From Amphiscolops sp. MND2022 (lineage: Eukaryota), in the NCBI GenBank assembly GCA_964187785.1, contig OZ076409.1, positions 86,740,001 through 86,804,000 on the forward strand: DNA of 64,000 nt, in the 5' to 3' direction. Position numbers and translations under genes: made by a program. Under the pieces are notes generated by a model. It was given only the letters and a program-made list of their open reading frames with translations. It did no database searches and was not told the origin of the DNA. This document shows, one piece after another, positions 1 to 13,000 of this stretch (position 1 is the stretch's first letter; every line of letters starts with the position of its first letter).

Positions 1-3000
1 GTAAATTGTGAGCATTTGAACGGATAGAATAATTAGTTGCAGTTGTTGTTTCAGAATTGAATGATGAAATAATATAACTTTCCTTCTTGGGAGACTTTTG
101 TATTCCTTTTTGTTTTGATATTTGCAAAGCTTCATAACTATAAGCATACGACTTTGATCGTAGAGCCACAAAGTTGTCTAGTACTAATACTGGACTTGTT
201 TCTATTTTCATTTTTCCTGTAACTTTCTTGTTAATGGGGTCGTACAACTCATGACTGGGATCTATTTCACTGAAATCAATTTCATCTTTGTTTTGTTTTA
301 AAAACTCAATTAAATTTTCCAACTGAGTGTCAAAACTAAGAACAAAAGAATATGTATCCATGTAATGAAGTTGTACTTTATTTTGCCAGTGTGGTTCTAA
401 AGTAAAATTGTAGAATTCATACATTATTAATTTACTCAGTTCTAAAACACTAAACCCCAAGTAAATTGGTTTATCAAAAATTATTTTTTTCTTATCAAAC
501 TTGTACACGCTAAATTTAGAATAATGATCCATGATTCCTTTGAAACTTAACTTGGATTGTCTTTTTATTATTTGGTCAATTTGTGTGTGATCAATGAATT
601 CTAAACTAACTCTTTCTCTTACATTTTCCTTAGTCTTACCAGAGAAAGCATTATTCAATAATTTGTACAAGTTTTTTTCGAAGTTTGTTTTTGCTTTGGT
701 GCGTTTTTGAGTGTTATGATTAATATTTTTTCCTAACCAAAGTGATTGTTTGAATCTCCAAAGTGAGTGTATCTTTGTTACTTTCATCCCCTTTTTAGTG
801 TAAAACTTGAACATCCTGTAGTGTATCATATATTTTTGTTTGTTTGTTAGGTCACATATAAGTTTCTCGGTTGGTTTGTAGTTGGGTTGATTTACACTAT
901 TCATGTATTCTGAAAAAAAACTAGGATCTGCTTTTGTTTGATAAAGACAAAGTGGAAAGTTTTTTGTTCTGTCTTTAATTTCAACAGGATACTCTAAATC
1001 ACATTCTATAAAGTAGCCATATTCATTATCATCTGGTGTATTCAAAATGTCTTCTTTAATTTCATCAATTAGTAATTCATCATTGTCACAACCGAACTTT
1101 GCGAAGCTCCGCATCGTTCTAAAGTCTCCAGTAGGAAGGTATTGACTCATCGCCCATCCATAAAGATTATTCGCATCAATGTACAAAAGTTTCGTATTTT
1201 CATGTGATTCAATGTAACGAGGTCCCATTACACTTGAAATTCCTCCACGAATATTTTTTCCAAGTAGTAGTAGCAGGTCTTTGTTACGACTCCTGTTAGG
1301 GTGGTTGTTCTGTACATTTCTGATTATTTTTGTTGCTTTTTTCAAGGACATTCCTCTTTTCTAGCTTTTCTTGTTGAAAAAATTTTCGGATTTACCAATT
1401 TTGAATTGAAGTTTGCAGAGTAATTGTTTTAACAAAACAAAGTAGAATTTGATACAAGACATCAGATCGAATCAGAAATTTAATGAATAAGTTTACAGGT
1501 ACAAGCTATATATACCCTCCTAGCATCATCTGTACATACTCGCGTACTTTAATTTCCATCGAGATATTAGTCACTTCCTGTAATTTTGCGGCCAAACTTT
1601 GATCTTTGTCAGCATTTCGTCAATTTTTAAGACACGGCAATTCTAATCTAGTATTAGACACCAATCAGTTTCCTCCCAAGCAGGAAGTAGATACTACTTC
1701 AGTCTGTCAAACCGGAAATACTTCCCCGTTTTTCTGCATTGGTTCGTAAAAAACCGACGCGGAGATGACGCTGACGTGAACAACTAATACCTGATTTTGA
1801 ATTTCCACTTGAAGAAAATTATGACTAATTATCTTGATTTAGGCAATTTGGTGATGCTAAGAGAGTGACTGATTTACATGAGGCTAAACAATTATATATA
1901 TTTCAACAATTGATAATTATTTATCTGATTAAAGTTAGGAGCAACACCTTTGAGCAACAATAAAAGACGACGTGACATCGTCAAACAGCAGATGAACTAT
2001 GAAATTAGGTAATCAATACGTGTATTTAAAATCCAGTTGGACTTCACTTTATTAACACAAATTGAATATAAACTGTGACTTTTCAATTTAAATCGTGTTA
2101 AGACACTGTTACTTTAAGTAAATCTGAAAAGTCCTGGCTTAAATACCAAATTCCGCTCGAATTCAACCTTAGTCGACGCAATACTGACGTAGAAATGTGT
2201 TTTCTCAACTTCTAGTATATTAGTTGACGAAGTGTTGTCGTAGATTCAAAATTTGGCTTGGTTAGTTAAATGGCGACGTAGTGTTGACGTTGATTCATAT
2301 TCTAGCTTCGATTAGTTATATCGTAGTAAAATAAAGCTTCTTGTAAATTTAATAGAGACTAAAACGCCTAATTTTATAAATTAGGGGACGTATAGTGGAC
2401 GTAAATTTGGTATTACACTTACCCCGCCATTATAGTGGACGTAGCGTGGACGCAAATGTGGTAATTTGGATGGATTAAAACAGCTGTTTTGATGGATTTG
2501 CGACTTAATGTGGACGTACGTATTAGTATTAGACTTAGTCCGCCGTTATAGTGGACGTAGTGTGGACGTAAATTTGGAATGAAAATTAGCTAGCTGCCAT
2601 AGCTGTGACGTCATATCGTCGTCTGACTTGGAATACTTTCTAGCTAGTTGCCAAGTTAGACGAGATGCTGACGTCACATTTTGGAATGAATTTCTGACTA
2701 GCTGCCAAGTTAGACGAAATGCTGACGTCACATTTTGGAATGAACTTCTAGCAAGCTGCCATAGCTGTGACGTAGCGTAGTCGCGACGCAAATTCAATCG
2801 TATTGGCGAAGCGGTGACCTAAGTTTGCTTTTAATTCAATCCAGTTCGGGCGCGGACTGTGACAGTCTTTATCTTTTATGAAATCTAATTTAATTTTAGT
2901 AAGTTTTAAACCAGCTTTCCATGTATAACCAGGTAGAGAATAGGAGTACAAAGGATTGATGCTGTATTCAAGTGTAGCCTTCTCAACAATGTTTTCGAAT

Positions 3001-5212
3001 ACTTCAGCTAATTAAAGAATATCCATTTTGAGGTACAATTCCGGTAATTCTTGTCCGTTCTTTACGTTAAACTTTTTAATAATTTCTTAAGTTCGATTAT
3101 TTCCATCATCTGGTGGAGTTGTTTGTTTTAGTGTTGACCAAAAGTGTTCTGGACTTAGATTCAATGGTTCTTGAAAATTATTGTATGTAAAGTATTCATG
3201 AAGATGAGCCAATTTCTTTTTGAATAATTCATCACTCATCCCTTCTAGTGTCATGATAGGAAAATTATTTGCACCGCGTTGCATACTCTTCATTAGTTTG
3301 TCCAAACTACTATTTAGAAAACGGTATGAGTCCAAAAACCTTAAACAACCTACTTGCACACTTACATAGTTTTCCATTGACTTTGGGATTATATTTGGTT
3401 CATACCGCAATTTATAAGCTTGTGTTAAGAGTTCTTCAGAAATTAGGTGGCAATCATACCCAGATGAGTTGTGGAAAAATATGGGAACAAACGAACTTGA
3501 CTTTTGTTTACAATTTAGATTGCATTTGTTGTGAGCTGCTCCTCGGTACTTGCCTGTAAGATGATTGTGATCTCGAACTTTATCCTCACCGAGTGGATTT
3601 TCGCGTAGTGCTTGTTCGCAAAGCCAGCATATGGTAGATTGTAGAAATGATTCTTCTTCTTGAGGAGTTTTTTCTAATTCTAAATTTGTTTCAAAATAGT
3701 TACTAGCAATGTTTTCTAAAGTCAACATTTTATTTACAAACCATTCAACACAATCTACTCCAAAGTATGAGCAGTACTCGTTCCCGAGTGGTGCCCCAAA
3801 TGGTGAAATTAGATAAAAGCCTACTGCAATTGGAATTTGTTTAAATAATACTTTGGGCGCGATAGCTACCGCAGCTTCGCGGTCATGCAAAGCACCTTCG
3901 GTATTTGTGTGAAGCTCTGTGGGTTGTGAAACTGCGTGATTAATACATTCAAAATCTGCATATACTCTTATTGGTACAGGAACTTTCATATGATAATCTT
4001 CGAACTTTAAATGATCCTTCCAACTGAATGTGATATTAGTTGGTTGTTGATTTTGACAACGGTCAATGTGTTGATTGAGAATATCCTCAGAACTAAATGC
4101 AGTTAGACATCTTCTACACACCCATTTCTTGTGTCAATTCTTATTTATTAGGCAATGCAATTTTGTTATTAAGCAATATTGATTTTCAAATAAGAGCAAG
4201 TCATTTTGTGGTTGTAAGTAAATTTCGTTAATATGAATTGGTGTTAATACTGTTCTGGTGAGTTCAAAAACATTTACGTTTGAATTATTTAAGTTTTCGA
4301 ACTTGGGAATGTCTTTAATTTTCATAGGGAATTCTAAACCTTCTAGGTTGAGTTTATTGAACTGCATTGAAAAATTTGATGTTCTGCTTTTATTGTCCTC
4401 AACGGGAAAAAGGTGAGCTAGGATGCACCATAGAAAACAAACTTGATCATCATTTTTATATTTATGATTGATTTATTATTCTTATATTTTTCTGGCAACT
4501 CAACCCACGAAGAAGCTTGAATATCATTAACTTTATATATTTCTAGTATAACATTGACAATACCGTTTAACACAAAACCTGATCCTTCTAATTGTTCATC
4601 ATCTAGTTGCTGCAATAATGTGTTGTGAAATGTATGATTTGTGCCGAAGGTGTTTTGCATGTGATTGTAATTAAAATCTGATTTACCACATTTGCGAAAT
4701 ACAACTTCTTCTCCGTTGATGTGTTTTGAAAACTTAGCTAAATAACTCAATTGATATTTATATCGGGGAAAGTAATTTTTATTTAGTAGTTCATTTATGT
4801 GATGTTTGAGATCTTGTGTGCGCGTAGCTTTGCCAGTTGGATTTACTCTCAGTTTAATGTATGTTTTTTCATTCACAATTACTTCTACTCCATGCAGTGA
4901 AGCTGTATTACCGAAGGCGAAAGCTGGCGCATTTTGTGTAGCTTGACTTCTTAACGTATGGATTTCACTTTGGAATTGTCTTGTTTTATCACTAATGTGT
5001 TTACCACAATCTTCACACCAAATTTGTTGTTGTTTGGTTTTGTTCTTGTGTTGGTCAGAATTTAAATGATTTGACTTGTCTGATAGGGGCATAAATTTAT
5101 TACATTTTTTACAATAATATTGATTTAATTTTTCCAAGTGTTTCACTGATTTCAGATGATCAGATTTGAAAGCTTTTTTATAATCAGAATTACAGATACT
5201 ACAGTTCTCCAT
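1..5212 (-). pseudogene. Polinton/adintovirus-like protein-primed DNA polymerase B (element 1) with N-terminal zinc fingers; frameshifted, split by a solo LTR, runs off the window start
   Basis: Fragments read MENCSIC..C..C (ZnF), VYADFEC (ExoI), CWLC..KVRDHNH..GAAHNKCN, FLDSYRF, NIRGGISSVMG..YIDANNLYGWAMSQ (~1140-1255), NNAFSGKT (~635-660) and HYMDTYSF (~345-368, mutated DTDS). Colinear with the copy at 44059-47980. Confidence 0.92.
1282..2864. mobile_element. Solo LTR (~1.58 kb) inserted in polB
   Basis: Ends are TGTTAC...GTGACA. 5-bp TSD GTCTT at 1277-1281 and 2865-2869. Removing the insert restores FIKDKDLLLLLGKNIRGG, matching IKDKHLLLLLDNNIRGG in the second polB. Confidence 0.85.
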
Positions 5213-5336
5213 TTAATTATAATAAGTTTACGAACTTAATAGCGGTATATTTTTCAAAAGTATATTTTCAATTAATGATGTTAATTATTAGTGTTAATTT
5301 TTATTTTACTTTTTATGTTAAAATTGAATAAATTAA

Positions 5337-5894
5337 TTATAAAAAATTGTGTGGTTTAAGTGGTATTGTTGGTGGTGTGTGGGAAGCTACGAGTGAAGTT
5401 GTGTGGGTGTGTGATTTTGTATGTGATTTTGTGTGTGAAGCTACGCGATAGATTTCATACATATTCACAAATCGGTCATTTTCTTTTTCATCTTTGTGAT
5501 TATCTTTTAGGCTAGTGGTAAATAATTGGCTAGAGTCGTCAAGTGTCTTCTGAATAATAGTGTACTTAAGTTTATAATTTTGCTCCCTTTTCTTCAAATA
5601 ACTGGAACAAATTTTAACAAGAATCCCAGTTGCACAACCAACTCCTGCAGTGATTGGAACAACTATAATGCCCACACCAGTAATACTTAGTGTAACTGAT
5701 GCTGAAGTTGTTCCTATTATTACGAGACCATCTGTCGAGTTAGTTATGTTATTTATTAGCTTGTATTTGGTGTATTTTTTCTTATATTTATTTTCTTCCA
5801 ATTCATAATATTTCATCATTAGACTATTGTTTTGAATAGAATTATTGAAACTATTTACTTTTTGTAATTCGCTTTGCAATCGCTTATTTATCAT
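5337..5894 (-). CDS. Polinton accessory protein with a small-residue hydrophobic hairpin (putative membrane-active protein)
   Basis: 185-aa ORF containing GTTSASVTLSITGVGIIVVPITAGVGCATGILV. Homologous to the ORF at 49870-50208 in element 2. Confidence 0.7.
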   Translation of the reverse strand: MINKRLQSELQKVNSFNNSIQNNSLMMKYYELEENKYKKKYTKYKLINNITNSTDGLVIIGTTSASVTLSITGVGIIVVPITAGVGCATGILVKICSSYLKKREQNYKLKYTIIQKTLDDSSQLFTTSLKDNHKDEKENDRFVNMYEIYRVASHTKSHTKSHTHTTSLVASHTPPTIPLKPHNFL

Positions 5895-6059
5895 TGATTC
5901 TACATCATACGGTGCAGAGGGGTCATTGAGGGATAGAGTTTTTGTTCCATTTATTAATCATATAAAATTAAATTTATTTCCGTTGGTGTTAATTTCATTC
6001 TGTGTTTCATATCAACAAGGTCTTTATAGGAATCTTTTTTCAATGACTCCAGAATTGAT

Positions 6060-6676
6060 TGTCTAGTAAAATATTCTAAATCAGACAGATAATATTCACC
6101 ATCTGAAGTAGGTATTGTTTTTCCATACTTTTACTTTAAATAGATTTCACTGAAAGTTAGATAATTTGCAAAAGCTTGATCTTTATTGGGAAAAGAATCA
6201 AACAAACCTTTGTCATAAAGCAGTTGAATTATGTTGTTAGTTATAGTAATTTTATTTTGATCTAGGCTATTAACAATAATATTTATTTAATTTTCATTTA
6301 AAATCATTCCAGCTTGACCCGGATTTGACATAAAATTTAAGTTACGGACTGTTAACATTTCAAAACTATTGTTGGGTAATAAATTTAGTACTTCATTTAC
6401 TAAAGTAGTTCTTTGTTCAGCGAAAGATTTTTTCATATTTTGTTCTAAATTATTTATGGTTTTTGAAAGGTCTGAAAACTGGGAATAAATATCATTGAAT
6501 AACTTTGTGTTTAATAAAACATCTTGAAATTCCTGTGGGTCTAGTATTTGGTGTAGCTTCGCGTCTAGCACTTTTTCTTCTACTTGGTTTTCTATGTTAT
6601 TTTCAAAATCGCGTTGCAAATCTTCTTTTAATTTGGAATGGGTTATTTGGGCTAATTTTTCTTGACTTTTTATCAT
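6060..6676 (-). pseudogene. Polinton accessory coiled-coil-like ORF(s), degraded
   Basis: ORF 6287-6676 plus a downstream IIQLLYDKGLFDSF segment (~6195-6235) homologous to IQLLYNNGLFDLF in the ORF at 50218-50547. Confidence 0.55.
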
Positions 6677-7389
6677 ATTTTTAGCTCCTGATATTCTCTC
6701 AGTTTTAGCTGTTCACTAGAATAACCAAACTTATGAAGAGACGGAGTTTCATACGTTTATTAGAAAGAAAAAGTAGTTAAAAAATGAAAAACCCAATTTT
6801 TCAACTGTTTTCTCACATGGCAATCAAAGGGTTCAAGGTATCAAAAAATGTTCGAAACAGAAAATGTGTGTACGACGATTGTCTATAACTTTGTTCCCCT
6901 ACGTCATTTCGCTGAGATGACTCAGTTTCGAGAATTTTTGAAAAAACCTGTTTTTCACACCTGTTTCGACACCTGGTAATCAGTGGGTTGATTGTATAAA
7001 AACCCTCATAAACAAAAATTGTGTAATTTTTGGATATCTACAACTTTTGTGTCTGACGTTTTTCTCAAAAATCATTCCCCGTTGAGATATCAGGCAAATT
7101 ATCTCATCGCGAAGCTCTGCCGATGTATTAAGATTATGTATAAAAGTTTGACGCGGCTTCCGTCGACCGACACTATATTCCATGTGCTACAGACGTCCAC
7201 CGCTCGCAAATTAACTACACAGGATTTTACCTCCCACTGGTTAATTCACTATAGAGCTCCAGTTTATGTAACACACAATCTTTTCCCCTCCCGAAAGTGT
7301 GTTCTGGTAAAGCTCACGTTACTATTGCCAATACTGCTCGAAAGCGGAGGAAAGGATGACAAATCTTTTTAAGCAATGAGTAACTTCTC

Positions 7390-7690
7390 AGTAAAAATAA
7401 TATACTAACTTCCTTATATACCCCCCTCAACTAATGGTGAAATTAAAAGTGCTTTGTCGCGGACTCGAACACGTGTGAAGCTGCGCGAACGTAAAATTCC
7501 AGTTGCCCATCCACTGAGCCATTGGAACCAAATTTATGTCCACGACAGTTGTTTATATTACATTGCTTTAACATTGCATTGGTAAAAACGCCAATTTGTT
7601 GATTTGTTTTTGAAAAATGCCTCTAAAGGGGAGGTGTTTGAGCTTTTGAAATTTTTTGTTGCTTGAGCCGAATCGGCATTTCGCTAACTA
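7390..7690 (-). mobile_element. Short repeat with a tRNA-like Pol III promoter (SINE/HINE-like) at the point where the gag remnant ends
   Basis: Minus-strand A-box-like TGGCTCAGTGG (~7512-7522) and B-box GTTCGAGTCC (~7461-7470). The gag reading frame ends at ~7690. Boundaries are approximate. Confidence 0.5.
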
Positions 7691-9906
7691 CTGGTAGCTT
7701 CATCGTGTTCGGGTCAAATACCAAGCGGTGCCATTTATGTTTGGCAGTCGCTTGAGACTCTGGGTTGACGTATTTCCTTCTGAAAATTACTAAAACGTCT
7801 TCGAGGGTTTGTCTGTTGGCCGTACTGATGTTTCCGAACGTTTGTAGCGCTCCCTTCCTGAGAAGTGAGTGAAAGTGATTGATTTTCATCTGTTAAGACA
7901 TCTCTGGCTGCATCTTGATCATCGAATGAAATAAATCCTCGAACAGTTCAAGTTTCTCACTTTTGCCATCGAAAGTCATTGTATTAGAGTTGACTGGGCG
8001 GATAGTGACATGTTGGGCTGCTGGACAATTCTGGAGATTCGTCGAGACATCTGCCAGTCTATTAATTGGGTCTTGTACGGCCTTTGGGGGAGTTTATTCT
8101 GTTGCAGGCAGGGTGGTGTCTAGAGGATTATTGTGGTCACGAGATGGTTGATTCGGTGCTGATCGCAATGGGATTCGTCCGGTGCGATATTCGGGAATAA
8201 TATTTGGAGATTCGTTGACTCCTGTCACCATGTCACAAGACTTCGTTCCTATTAGAGCCTCTGTTACACTCGTCTCTAGAGCTACTCCTGAATCTGCGGT
8301 TCAAGGCGTCTTTAGAACGAAATCCCTATCTTCTAGTCGGAACTTCCCATCTTTTTTCGGGCACTTTTCTTTGTCCTGATCTTAGTGGTGCCTGACTCTG
8401 AGGCGGAATTTGATCACTAATTGCGCCTCATTTATGGCTCTCTGGATTTAGGAACTGACAGAGCGCATAAAATCTCCCATCTCTTGTGAAAACCTCTGCT
8501 TTAACTCTCCTGATAATCTTATACACTCACTACTAGAATCAACTTCTGTAGCACTGTGGCCATTTTGGGCATAACTCATAATCTCTGCTTCTCGAGCATG
8601 AGTGTGTGACTGACCATTTTGGTAAAGCAAATTTTCATAACTTGGGCTCTGAGGCCTTCTGCGTAGGTTGCTAGAATCACTCTCTCCTCTGTCCAGGCTA
8701 TTTCCACTTAGCATTATTTTAAGATTTTCTATATCAGACAGCATATCGTGCTCTCTTGACTTTCTAACATCCTTTTGCTTGCTAGTTGTAGGCATGAAGA
8801 AAGTCCGAATAATAATATTCGAATTGCTTCTGATCGGAATATTATTTTGGGTAGGTTTAGAACACGTCTGATTTCAAACAAAGGTTTACAAAATTGTGTC
8901 TGCCTTAAGAGAGTGACCGGTATATATACCCTCTGGGGCATGACAGTTGCATTTTTTACTTTCATTCAAGACTTGACGAAACATGGGTATAAACGGCACG
9001 TGATCAATAATACCTTCTCAAATCTAATGGTTTTGACGTTATAAGACAGTGTCACCGGTAAACTTCAAGCACATTTTAAAAGAAAGTATCAATCCTTTCA
9101 TGGTATTCATCAAAGCATAATCATCAGGTAAAATATGCTAAATTTGTATTCAATCCCGGCACGTGGTGGCACGCGTAATCTGACAAGTCATCTGGCTATT
9201 ACAAGTTCCCAATTTACATGTTTGTAGATCAACTTTAATATACCCAATACGTCCATTGGATACAATAATGGCTTTTCATCATAGGACTAGGACCGGCAAC
9301 TGGTGCTTTCATTCAGTGTTTTAAACTAAAAACATTAACATCAAACATCAACAATAGTGTCCTTCCTTCAAAAGGTAACTACTGTACTATTACTACGCAT
9401 ATAAGTGGCATCAATAATATGTCAACAGCGTCTCAGGCGTTTAAATACTACACGCGGCCGAGACCGGCCATTTGCCTGATGATGAATGAAGCACAAGCTG
9501 AGATTGGTCAAACGTCCTCAACCGGCAAGTGATGGCAATACACTTTATCACCTATAGAGAAATGTTATTGGCTGACATGAATTGTTGAGCATTAACGCCG
9601 CAAAGATACGGTCACACATTTGAACTCGTTTCTGTATTGCTTGGCAGTCAACTTTTACATTGCTCTGTATCAATTCAAATACATTTACAGCAATTTGAAC
9701 ACTCTAGCAACGTTAGCAGACTAATACTTCAACATTTCAAAATAGCAACCTGTATATAACACTAACTGAAGATTATTAGAGTAGATAGTTCTAATATTAA
9801 CGTACGTAAGAAAGTTTTCACTTCTAATAGGTCGGAAGCGTTCCTGGCACAATGTCTTGCCCTCTTGCTGTTGTTGTTATCATTGACCCGTCACAGGCCT
9901 GTGATA
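7690..9906 (-). mobile_element. Ty3/gypsy-like LTR retrotransposon 5' part: LTR (8231-9906), PBS-like site and degraded gag
   Basis: LTR termini are TGTCACA (8231) and TGTGATA (9906). On the minus strand TGGTGACAGGAG follows the LTR end. Gag-like fragments: MPTTSKQK..DIENL and KINHFHSLLRKGALQTF..RRKYV.PESQATAKHKWH. Related to the LTR at 13838-15613. Confidence 0.72.
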
Positions 9907-10021
9907 CTTCTCTACACTTCCCTATGTTCTCTGTCAAAATTTTGGGAGGCGGTTGAACAGTTACAGGAGCAACTGGCACATTTATGCTCTGTGGTTTCCA
10001 ATTTGCAATCCCTTGTGTTAT

Positions 10022-13000
10022 GGTCCTTACGTTTGCCACATTGCAAGACCATTTTACACGTCGACGATATATGTCTACACTTTTGAAGAATATGCTGACC
10101 ATTAAGTCGTCTTCATGAAATTCTACGGGTCGGAATGGGGGGCATCGGCAAACAAGATCCAATATTTCTTACACCGATCAATGCGTTATGTGAACGAGGG
10201 CAAAGAACTGTCTCCTGACTACCACTACTGATCACGAGAAAGATGTCAATTCATTATTAACTGACGGGAGGTGGTGATTTTAACTAAAGAAATGAGATTT
10301 AAAGTTTTGACATGCTCAACTTCGGCCATTTTAGGTATTTTCCCTTTAGATGTTACTCGAATAAGATCTAGAACTTACTGACCGTGTACATGGCTTATAA
10401 AATGTTATTACCAAATCTGCATCTCATGAATACTTGTCGCTTTGATTTTTAGTTAACTTTCAATCTCGATCTTATTCCTATAATATAGATAATTCAACAT
10501 TTCACATTCACAATTTTTTCCTCCCCTCTAAGACGGCATCGATCGTCGTCATTAGTCTAGTACCTTGTAGGTCAATATATAGTGGGAGATGACACACACC
10601 CGTGGTCTTCACCTAGGTAGTATCAAAAATTAATTCAGTGAAAATTATTTGCAATTAAAATAAATGATTTGAAAAATTAATTGCAAGTAATAGCGAATTT
10701 AGGTTGGACTTCATAGACTAGAAATATCATCTGCACAGTAGTGTTTACTTTTCAGATCAACTGTTGGATTACTTGTACTCGCTAGATAAGATTACTCAGT
10801 AGGATAAGAAAATTCTCTGCATTGCAAGCATCAAAGGAGACCGTTTCAAAGTACTTTCATCAAATTCCTGATACATACAACTTGTGGAAATGCTCATGAG
10901 GCAAAGTATCAAAACAAACAAAATCGGGTTCACAATTTTTTTAACCACAAGAAATATCAACACACTGCGTATTCAAATACATTTCAACCAAAACATGAAT
11001 CCTGCTTCTTTGTAGCGCCGCAAAAAGCAAGCAACCTTTACGCTTTGATGAAGCACGTTTGTTTGGGACTTAGGCCATTTTCAGCCGTGCAAGATCCTTT
11101 TACAAGAGACCTGTGATGATGTTATGAATCAATATCTATTAATGGTATTTGGTCACTTGGCTTAAAGTCATTTGGTTATCTGGCTTACAATCAGTAAGTT
11201 GAAAACCAGTGGCAGATTTTGTCGAAGTTATGATTATAACGTAGTCAGCTATGTTCACATACCCCTAGTGCCCTGAATGCAGGAGTGAAGCGAAGCTGAT
11301 CTAAGTGCCATATGGCCATGTCTCAATGTTGCTACTTGGCGAAGGAAGCGGAGCGACCGAGCTATACAACAAATATGCTGAATTTTTGTAATATTTTTCG
11401 TTTCTTAAGTGTTATGTTAAAAATTCCATTCAGTTTTGGTCTTTAATAGTTTTTTTAACCGCATTTCTTCAACTGCATGTGTTTGAATGAACTCGGTTCA
11501 ATTGTGTGGTCATTTGGCATTAAAATTTTAACAGCGGAACTTGCCCTTGGTTTTGATGGATGGAGAAAAAATCCACACATTTCATTGGAGTTTTCGCCAC
11601 CTTTCCAGCACAAAATGAGCATGGCTACGAAATGCTTTTATTATCGTTTTCGCCCATGGCCACCGGAACATCTTGAACTCTCATCACTGCACAAGAACAT
11701 TTGGAACATATTGAATACCATCTAAGCTTGTATTATTATTCCTGCTATAGCAGGAATAATATTGAAATCTGATTTTTGCATTTTTTTCAGTCACATTTTT
11801 GACGCCATTTGGGTCCTTACGTTTGCCACATTGCAAGACCATTTTACACGTCGACGATATATGTCTACACTTTTGAAGAATATGCTGACCATTAAGTCGT
11901 CTTCATGAAATTCTACGGGTCGGAATGGGGGGCATCAGCAAACAAGATCCAATCTTTCTTACACCGATCAATGCGTTATGTGAACGAGGGCAAAGAACTG
12001 TCTCCTGACTACCACTACTGATCACGAGAAAGATGTCAATTCATTATTAACTGACGGGAGGTGGTGATTTTAACTAAAGAAATGAGATTTAAAGTTTTGA
12101 CATGCTCAACTTCGGCCATTTTAGGTATTTTCCCTTTAGATGTTACTCGAATGAGATCTAGAACTTACTGACCGTGTACATGGCTTATAAAATGTTATTA
12201 CCAAATCTGTATCTCATGAATACTTGTCGCTTTGATTTTTAGTTAACTTTCAATCTCGATCTTATTCCTATAATATAGATAATTCAACATTTCACATTCA
12301 CAATTTTTTCCTCCCCTCTAAGACGGCATCGATCGTCGTCATTAGTCTAGTACCTTGTAGGTCAATATATAGTGGGAGATGACACACACCCGTGGTCTTC
12401 ACCTAGGTGGTATCAAAAATTAATTCAGTGAAAATTATTTGCAATTAAAATAAATGATTTGAGAAATTAATTGCAAGTAATAGCGAATTTAGGTTGGACT
12501 TCATAGACTAGAAATATCATCTGCACAGTAGTGTTTACTTTTCAGATCAACTGTTGGATTACTTGTACTCGCTAGATAAGATTACTCAGTAGGATAAGAA
12601 AATTCTCTGCATTGCAAGCATCAAAGGAGACCGTTTCAAAGTACTTTCATCAAATTCCTGATACATACAACTTGTGGAAATGCTCATGAGGCAAAGTATC
12701 AAAACAAACAAAATCGGGTTCACAATTTTTTTAACCACATGAAATATCAACACACTGCGTATTCAAATACATTTCAACCAAAACATGAATCCTGCTTCTT
12801 TGTAGCGCCGCAAAAAGCAAGCAACCTTTACGCTTTGATGAAGCACGTTTGTTTGGGACTTAGGCCATTTTCAGCCGTGCAAGATCCTTTTACAAGAGAC
12901 CTGTGATGATGTTATGAATCAATATCTATTAATGGTATTTGGTCACTTGGCTTAAAGTCATTTGGTTATCTGGCTTACAATCAGTAAGTTGAAAACCAGT

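Noticed and set aside
2546..2797. Repetitive 83-aa ORF (LTWQLAR repeats)
   Set aside because: It is the translation of tandem DNA repeats within the solo LTR, with no coding evidence.
10790..10935. Minus-strand hydrophobic peptide with a KR site, suggestive of a neuropeptide precursor
   Set aside because: There is no in-frame start before the hydrophobic stretch, no supporting exon structure, and the segment is too short to support a call.
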